A program made the translations under genes and the position numbers. A stretch of 20,000 bases of DNA from the IMG/VR virus record IMGVR_UViG_3300037010_000217. One strand, 5' to 3'. Positions 14,277 through 20,000 of the stretch are shown here, piece by piece. Below the pieces are notes generated by a model that saw only the letters and a program-made list of their open reading frames with translations, was not told where the DNA came from and did no database searches. Within the stretch, counting starts at the first letter, position 1; every line of letters starts with the position of its first letter. The stretch is from an uncultured virus (IMG/VR IMGVR_UViG_3300037010_000217) (Duplodnaviria > Heunggongvirae > Uroviricota > Caudoviricetes).

Positions 14277-17257
14277 TGGATATTGATAGTGATTTGTATG
14301 TCGTAGTAAGAAACTATGTAAGAACAATTGCTGGTAATGATCAAAGTCCTGTAACAGAAGAACAGTTATATGCTGAAGTTCGTAAGTATATTATAGATAC
14401 ATATTCACTTAGCGGTGGTAGTATCACAGAAGCTGAGTTAACTTTAAGAATTCGTACCTTAGTTTCTACATTAGTTTCAGAAGAGTTAGCTGCAGGTAAT
14501 ATTAGTCAATGGGTTAATACTACAGATCTTTTTAATAAGATTGATGCCCTAATTCAAGCATCTGTTGTCACACCTTTTAGTATTCCTGCAATAACTGTTA
14601 ATAACTATGTTACTAATGGTACTGTATGGGATGATACTAAAATTCGTGACATCATTGAGGATATGTTAGATGGTAAACTCGATAATATCGTAGATGGTTT
14701 AGATCAGTATGGTAACTATGTTGAGTATGCTTTTAAGAATGCTCCAACACAACCTATGACTCCTGTAGGAGGTTCTTACGATGGTACTACATTTACATAT
14801 CCTACTGGTTGGTCAGATGATCCTGTAAGTACATCTAATAGTACAGATAGGGTGTGGGTAAGCTATTCTAAATGGAAGAAAGTAAATAATGTATATGTAT
14901 CTATAACTGGTTGGAGTACTCCTATACCTGTATCTGGTTCTGATGGTTCTGATGGTACAGGGGGTCAAGATGGTATAGGTGCTGATGGCAATTGGCATGA
15001 GTTTATCTATAGAATTTCTGACTCTACAACACCCTCAACACCTGTAGGTGGTTACTTAGATAGTGACAAAAATATCCATCCTCCTACTGGTTGGGATGAT
15101 GATCCTATACCTACTACGAGTACTAAACCTTACCTGTATATGAGTAAAGGTGTATTTGTAAAGCAAGGTAGTTCTTGGGTGCAGCTAGGTAGTTGGACAG
15201 CTCCCGTAAGAACTACAGGTGATTCAGGTACAGATGGTATAGCGGGTACTCCAGGATCTCCTGGTGTAGATGGTTTTGATGCTACATCTGTAACATTATT
15301 GGCAAGTACCCAAGGTATTGGATACAATACTGATGGTACAAATCCAAGCGCTAGTGCTATCACCTTTACTACACAAGTAGCTAACTACAATCCAGGTGAT
15401 ATACTAAAATATACTTTCTCTTTAGATGGTACAGTTGTACAGGGACCTAATACAACCAGCAGTTATACGTATACTGTACCTAGTAATATTAGCAGTTTTC
15501 CAGCACCTAAAAAGTTTTCAGTTAAAGTAGATTCTACTTTATATCCTGCCGATATATCTGAAGATTATGTAAGCGTCTATGCAGCTAAGTCAGGTAGTGA
15601 TGCACTGACTGTAATTCTTAGCAATGAAAATCACACTATCCCTGTCAGTAATGTAAATGGTACATTAACTTATAATTATTCTGGATCAGGTACTAAGATT
15701 ACAGTGTACAGAGGTACTGAGCTTATTAAAGTTGGTTCAGGCAACAATCAGTTTACTGTTTCAGCTCAAGGTAGTAACATTACCGTAGGCAATAGCGTAA
15801 ATAATGCAGATGGTACAGTAACTTACTCTGATAGTAGTAATATTATGGCTACAACAGCTACAATTACATTTACTATTACGTATAAGAATGCAGCTGGCAG
15901 TACTGTAACTATTACTAGACAGCAGAGTATTAATAAAACTGCTGATGGGGCTAATGGTGCTAAAGTAGCTACAGGATATGTATATTGGTCTAATACAAGT
16001 TCTGCTCCTAGTACAAATCCTACAGCAAGTTCTTACTCATTCACTAGTGATAGTTTTACTGGATTATCTTCTGGTTGGCAGAGAACTCCACCTACATTAA
16101 GTCAAGGTACTACAACTTCTGCTATGTATTACGCAACATTCTCTGCTATAGAAACTGCAGCAAATAGTAATATAGCTACAAGTATTACATTTGGTCAGTA
16201 TACAAAAGGTACAGAATTTCAAGGTTTAGTATTATTTACAGAAGCCCAAGCTGATGCAAAGATAAGTACAGCTAAATCTGATGTCACAAATGCAATTAAA
16301 ACAGGTTTAGGATCTACAAATTACACTTTGATTAATGGTGGTAATATTGCAACAGGAACTTTAACTGCCGATAAAATTGTGTCTAGCAGCTACTTAACCT
16401 CTGGAGTACGATTTGGATTAGGTACAACAACTTCAATTAAGGATTCTCTTGGAAGAGCTATTAATGCTGGTGTCATTGGTGAGAGTACAAATGATATTGT
16501 TGGAGTGTTAGGACATTCTTCTAGTGGTTCTGGAGTTGTAGGTGGATCATATAGTGGCGGTGCAGGTTCTTTTTTCTGCGCACCTTCAGGCAGTTACTCC
16601 GTAGTCACAACTGCATCTTATCATGCACAGTCAGGTGTAAGTTCTACTCATCATAGATATTCATCTGGAACCACTATTAAAGAAGTGCATACTTGTACAG
16701 TAGATTATTCAGTATTAGCCACTAAAGGTAAGGTTTATTCTACCGAGGGCTACGCACCATTTACAGGAAGTCACGTAGCTTTAGTAGATAAAACTGAAAA
16801 AATTACACAAGGTGATATTCTTTGCGATTTGGATGTAGTTGTTAGAGGTGACATTAGTAATACTCTAATGCTCGTTACATTGAGTACTAAATATACAGAG
16901 AAAAATATAGTGGGTGTGTATGTTGAAGATATTAGAATGGAAGCTATTGATTGTATATCAGAACAGCTTGATCCATTAAATGCGGAGCGTAATATAATCC
17001 CTATTTACAGGGGTCTTGTATCTGATAATAAGGCAATATCTATCAATGCTGTAGGTGAAGGTAAGGTCAATGTTTGTGGTTTAGGTGGTAACTTAGAACC
17101 AGGTGATCTTATTACTAGTTCTCGTATTGCAGGTAAAGGTATGAAACAAGATGATAATTTAGTACGTAACTATACTGTAGCTAAGTGTAGAGAATACGTA
17201 GAATTCGATTATCCTGAACAAGTTAAAATGGTAGCTTGTATTTATATGTGTGGATAG
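14276..17257 (+). CDS. Tail fibre / receptor-binding protein (993 aa)
   Basis: S/T/G-rich; two internal ~90-aa repeats with collagen-like G-X-Y linkers; C-terminal FTGSH...GEG.V.V...GDLITSS...G.GMKQDD...YTVAK domain seen in phage fibres. Confidence 0.85.
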   Translation: MDIDSDLYVVVRNYVRTIAGNDQSPVTEEQLYAEVRKYIIDTYSLSGGSITEAELTLRIRTLVSTLVSEELAAGNISQWVNTTDLFNKIDALIQASVVTPFSIPAITVNNYVTNGTVWDDTKIRDIIEDMLDGKLDNIVDGLDQYGNYVEYAFKNAPTQPMTPVGGSYDGTTFTYPTGWSDDPVSTSNSTDRVWVSYSKWKKVNNVYVSITGWSTPIPVSGSDGSDGTGGQDGIGADGNWHEFIYRISDSTTPSTPVGGYLDSDKNIHPPTGWDDDPIPTTSTKPYLYMSKGVFVKQGSSWVQLGSWTAPVRTTGDSGTDGIAGTPGSPGVDGFDATSVTLLASTQGIGYNTDGTNPSASAITFTTQVANYNPGDILKYTFSLDGTVVQGPNTTSSYTYTVPSNISSFPAPKKFSVKVDSTLYPADISEDYVSVYAAKSGSDALTVILSNENHTIPVSNVNGTLTYNYSGSGTKITVYRGTELIKVGSGNNQFTVSAQGSNITVGNSVNNADGTVTYSDSSNIMATTATITFTITYKNAAGSTVTITRQQSINKTADGANGAKVATGYVYWSNTSSAPSTNPTASSYSFTSDSFTGLSSGWQRTPPTLSQGTTTSAMYYATFSAIETAANSNIATSITFGQYTKGTEFQGLVLFTEAQADAKISTAKSDVTNAIKTGLGSTNYTLINGGNIATGTLTADKIVSSSYLTSGVRFGLGTTTSIKDSLGRAINAGVIGESTNDIVGVLGHSSSGSGVVGGSYSGGAGSFFCAPSGSYSVVTTASYHAQSGVSSTHHRYSSGTTIKEVHTCTVDYSVLATKGKVYSTEGYAPFTGSHVALVDKTEKITQGDILCDLDVVVRGDISNTLMLVTLSTKYTEKNIVGVYVEDIRMEAIDCISEQLDPLNAERNIIPIYRGLVSDNKAISINAVGEGKVNVCGLGGNLEPGDLITSSRIAGKGMKQDDNLVRNYTVAKCREYVEFDYPEQVKMVACIYMCG

Positions 17258-17293
17258 GTAAAATATGACAACTCTTTTTTATGAGCATTTACT

Positions 17294-18832
17294 ATGAATT
17301 ATGGTGCATTTAACTCATTTGGTTGTGACTCTGCTGCACAGTCAGGTGATAACACAATGTTATCTAATGGTTTAGGTAGCGTATCTAATATAGTAGGTGC
17401 TATCGCTATATCTGCAATGTTAGCTTCTGGTATCAGTACAGCTTCTACTAAACTCAGTCCTAAACAAGCTTATGATTATCCTTTTATAGGTGGTATATCT
17501 AGTGATACCAATTCTTATGGTAATGTAGCTGGCGTATTCTCTGGAGGTGTGCATACTACTAATACTGCCATAAATGGTAATATTGGTATTAAACAGGGTG
17601 GAGGATTTTGGTCAGATTCCTATGCAGATGCATCTCCTATTAAGTTCTCTGTAACTGGTGGTCTTAGTTCTACATCTAAAGTAGAAAGTAAATGGTTTTT
17701 ACCAGTAACACTGTACTCAGGTATTACTAGTGGAGAATCTACTGGTGGACTATTATATTGGCGAGCAGGTATGTATGGTGGTGCAGAAGGAGTATCTTTT
17801 ATAGATGCTACACTAATATCCAGTACTGCAATGAACTACGGTTTAACTTCTGAAAATTCTATAGACTCTACCATTCAAGCTGTATCTAAGCTATATTCAG
17901 GTGTACACTCTGAAGATCTTGTTATCTCTGCTGTAATGGGTAGTACATATCTATTAGGTACTCCAATCACTTCTAACGACTTTTGTAATGCACCTGATAT
18001 GAAGACAGGCAGATTTATACGTGGAGGTGCGGACTCTACATCATCTGTAAATAGCTATACTATAGTTGATTGTGTATTAACAGACCTTGGTGTACTTTCT
18101 ATTAGTGATGTAGATTATAACTTACAAACTAATAATAAATTATCTAATGGTGTAGTTTCAGTAGGTGAGCCTGATTGTAATTTGATTCTTTCAGCTGAAT
18201 TAGATGGGGGCATCAATGATTCCAGCAGCACTAATTCAGAACTTATCTCTTCTGCAAGTCTTATAGGTGATGCTAGTAGTAGCGATTGTTCCGTATCAGC
18301 TGATTATAATTGTTGGGCTACACTGTCTGAAGGTGTATCTTCTAATTCTATCGTTGAGTCTATGCCACTACGCTCTAACATTTTCTTGGCAGGTAATAGT
18401 GAATCTACTACAGAATTAGATGGTATAATTCAAATAGATGCAGTATTATTTGGTGGGTATTCACAAGCATCTAGAATAGATGCAGGACGCATTATTAGTA
18501 GTAACCTTAATAATGGTAACTCTAGTAACAATATTGCAGAAGCTAAATTGTTTGCATCAGCTATCTTAGATAGTGGTGTAAATTCTAATACAGTTGCTGA
18601 AGCGTCCTCAGTTATACAGAATATCTTTGCTGGTGGTGTGAAATCTACTGCATTTATGTGGACTCAGTTGTTAGTCTCTCAAACACTTAAAGGTGGTTTG
18701 GCAGAATCTTACTCGTTCAATGATGCTGAAATTGCTAGCTACTACGGAGATATGTTGCATAATAATGGTAAGTTAGAGATTAGTTCTGCTACCATATTAC
18801 TTGAAATAGAAACGCCTGAAGGAGATTCATAA
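17294..18832 (+). CDS. Ser/Gly-rich repeat structural protein (512 aa, ~23 x 20-aa repeats)
   Basis: Periodic L-x-[GSN]-G-[VI]-x-S motif every 18-21 aa; lies within the tail module. Confidence 0.75.
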   Translation: MNYGAFNSFGCDSAAQSGDNTMLSNGLGSVSNIVGAIAISAMLASGISTASTKLSPKQAYDYPFIGGISSDTNSYGNVAGVFSGGVHTTNTAINGNIGIKQGGGFWSDSYADASPIKFSVTGGLSSTSKVESKWFLPVTLYSGITSGESTGGLLYWRAGMYGGAEGVSFIDATLISSTAMNYGLTSENSIDSTIQAVSKLYSGVHSEDLVISAVMGSTYLLGTPITSNDFCNAPDMKTGRFIRGGADSTSSVNSYTIVDCVLTDLGVLSISDVDYNLQTNNKLSNGVVSVGEPDCNLILSAELDGGINDSSSTNSELISSASLIGDASSSDCSVSADYNCWATLSEGVSSNSIVESMPLRSNIFLAGNSESTTELDGIIQIDAVLFGGYSQASRIDAGRIISSNLNNGNSSNNIAEAKLFASAILDSGVNSNTVAEASSVIQNIFAGGVKSTAFMWTQLLVSQTLKGGLAESYSFNDAEIASYYGDMLHNNGKLEISSATILLEIETPEGDS

Positions 18833-19254
18833 TGGCAAATTTAGTATCAACAGAGTTCCGTAGTGCCTTACTAGGTTCTTATTTTGCAGCAGGTGCTGCT
18901 CCAGTACAATTGTACTTACGTTTGTATCGTGATGAAGCTAACATTACTGAAGCAACTGTATTGTCTGATATCGCTGCGTTAGAACAGACTGGTTCAGGTT
19001 ATGCAGCTAAAGTATTAGCTCCAGCTGATTGGACTGTAGAAGAAGGTGTAGGTGGTATTCGTGCTCGTCTTACTGATAAGACTTGGACTACTACAGCAGA
19101 TAACTGGAATACATTACGTTGGGCAGTTATCGCTACAACATCTGATAGTAAAGGTGTTATTTTAGTAGCCAAAGACTACGGTACTGGTAAAACAGTAACA
19201 GGTGTTGGCGCTAACGTAACAGTAGATGATTTCTACTACCAGATCAATGACTAA
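18832..19254 (+). CDS. Small virion structural (tail/fibre) protein (140 aa)
   Basis: LYLRLY...EQTGSGYAAK...W...W.TLRWAVI pattern of a widespread minor-tail family; GAAGGAG RBS; TAATG coupling. Confidence 0.7.
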   Translation: MANLVSTEFRSALLGSYFAAGAAPVQLYLRLYRDEANITEATVLSDIAALEQTGSGYAAKVLAPADWTVEEGVGGIRARLTDKTWTTTADNWNTLRWAVIATTSDSKGVILVAKDYGTGKTVTGVGANVTVDDFYYQIND

Positions 19255-19259
19255 TCATT

Positions 19260-19559
19260 ATGATAGTTGAAACGATCTACGCAGGTCGAGACAATACATT
19301 TTCTCTCCGTCTCATTAGAGGCGGAGTACCAGAGAACTTAATGGCAGTAAACAAGTATTTACTATTTATTAGTGATACTATTCAGTTTACTGATAGAAAG
19401 TACTTTATAGAAAAAGAAGATGGTGTTGTTGAGATCGATATTGCTCCAGATCTTACACCAGAAATGGTAGGTTCATACAAAGCACATTTACTTACATATG
19501 ATCCAGTCAATGTAAACGGTGTTCGTTGGCCTGACTTTAAACTTAAGATAAAGGCATAA
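19260..19559 (+). CDS. Small tail protein, BppU N-terminal-like adaptor (99 aa)
   Basis: IYAGRDNTFSLRL...GVVEIDI...GSYKAHL beta-sandwich pattern (by eye). Confidence 0.55.
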   Translation: MIVETIYAGRDNTFSLRLIRGGVPENLMAVNKYLLFISDTIQFTDRKYFIEKEDGVVEIDIAPDLTPEMVGSYKAHLLTYDPVNVNGVRWPDFKLKIKA

Positions 19560-19563
19560 GTAT

Positions 19564-19923
19564 ATGGCTAATTGGAGACCAGTATTCTTAAATAACTACA
19601 GTTCCCTACTCAGTAATGATATGGGTGTAGGTACTACTGAAATGGTTGTCATGGATCCATTACCGCCTTTACGTGTTAACGAATGTTACTATCTAACCAT
19701 ATATGATAAATCTGGATTCCAGGAATCTAATTGGGAAGTGGTAAGAGTTACTTATGTAAGCGTATCTGGTAAAGATTTGACTGTTGAACGCGGTGTTGAG
19801 GGTATGTCGCAGAAAGAGTATCAGAAAGGAGATCGCGTTGAAATGCGATTAACAGCGGGTGCCATGAATGAGCTATACTGTAGAACACGTAAGCTGAAAG
19901 CAGCGCAATTCCTAGATTTGTAA
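19564..19923 (+). CDS. Stand-alone tail-fibre N-terminal anchor-like domain (119 aa)
   Basis: FLNN..S.L...EVVRVT...LTVERGVEG...GDRVEMRLTAG motif usually seen at the N-termini of phage fibres. Confidence 0.7.
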   Translation: MANWRPVFLNNYSSLLSNDMGVGTTEMVVMDPLPPLRVNECYYLTIYDKSGFQESNWEVVRVTYVSVSGKDLTVERGVEGMSQKEYQKGDRVEMRLTAGAMNELYCRTRKLKAAQFLDL

Positions 19924-19934
19924 GGAGAATATAA

Positions 19935-20000
19935 ATGTCTAGTTTATCACTAGCGATTCAAGCGGTTAAGGATAAGATTTCCTTATCAGCAGGGACAGCC
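19935..20000 (+). CDS. Start of next tail-module gene (truncated by window edge)
   Basis: TAAGGAG RBS, ATG at 19935, MSSLSLAIQAVKDKISLSAGTA open to the end of the window. Confidence 0.7.
   Translation, partial: MSSLSLAIQAVKDKISLSAGTA

Noticed and set aside
8419..15363. ORFs 8419-8628, 10420-10689, 10653-10961, 12572-12778, 14813-14998 and 15130-15363
   Set aside because: Antisense or out-of-frame overlaps of the gp69-like, terL, cassette and fibre genes
1..20000. Stop-codon reassignment
   Set aside because: Long conserved genes are intact under the standard code, and TAA, TAG and TGA all end genes at sensible positions

Overview
AT-rich dsDNA phage segment whose gene content and synteny point to an N4-like phage (Schitoviridae or a close relative). 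It appears assembled across the genome ends. Left of ~8200, early and middle genes run on the minus strand: three tiny early genes, each with its own copy of a 23-bp promoter-like motif and a downstream hairpin; an unsplit 578-aa T7-family/N4 RNAPII-like polymerase; a SleB-type cell-wall hydrolase; small membrane and lipoprotein genes; and a gp24-like AAA ATPase. Right of ~8400, late genes run on the plus strand: a gp69-like protein, a ferritin, large terminase, an inserted three-gene cassette (small protein, cupin, glutaminase-less asparagine-synthetase-like ATP pyrophosphatase), a gp67-like protein and a tail-fibre module. Main points of interest: (1) the single-chain, compact N4-RNAPII-type enzyme; (2) early promoters with N4-like spacing but almost no hairpin; (3) ferritin and the cupin/amide-ligase cassette flanking terL; (4) a 512-aa protein made of ~23 tandem 20-aa repeats next to a small structural protein, a possible fibre ruler; (5) structured non-coding DNA near the presumed termini and at ~3.8 kb. 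All family assignments come from motif recognition by eye and recall of reference proteins; no searches were run.
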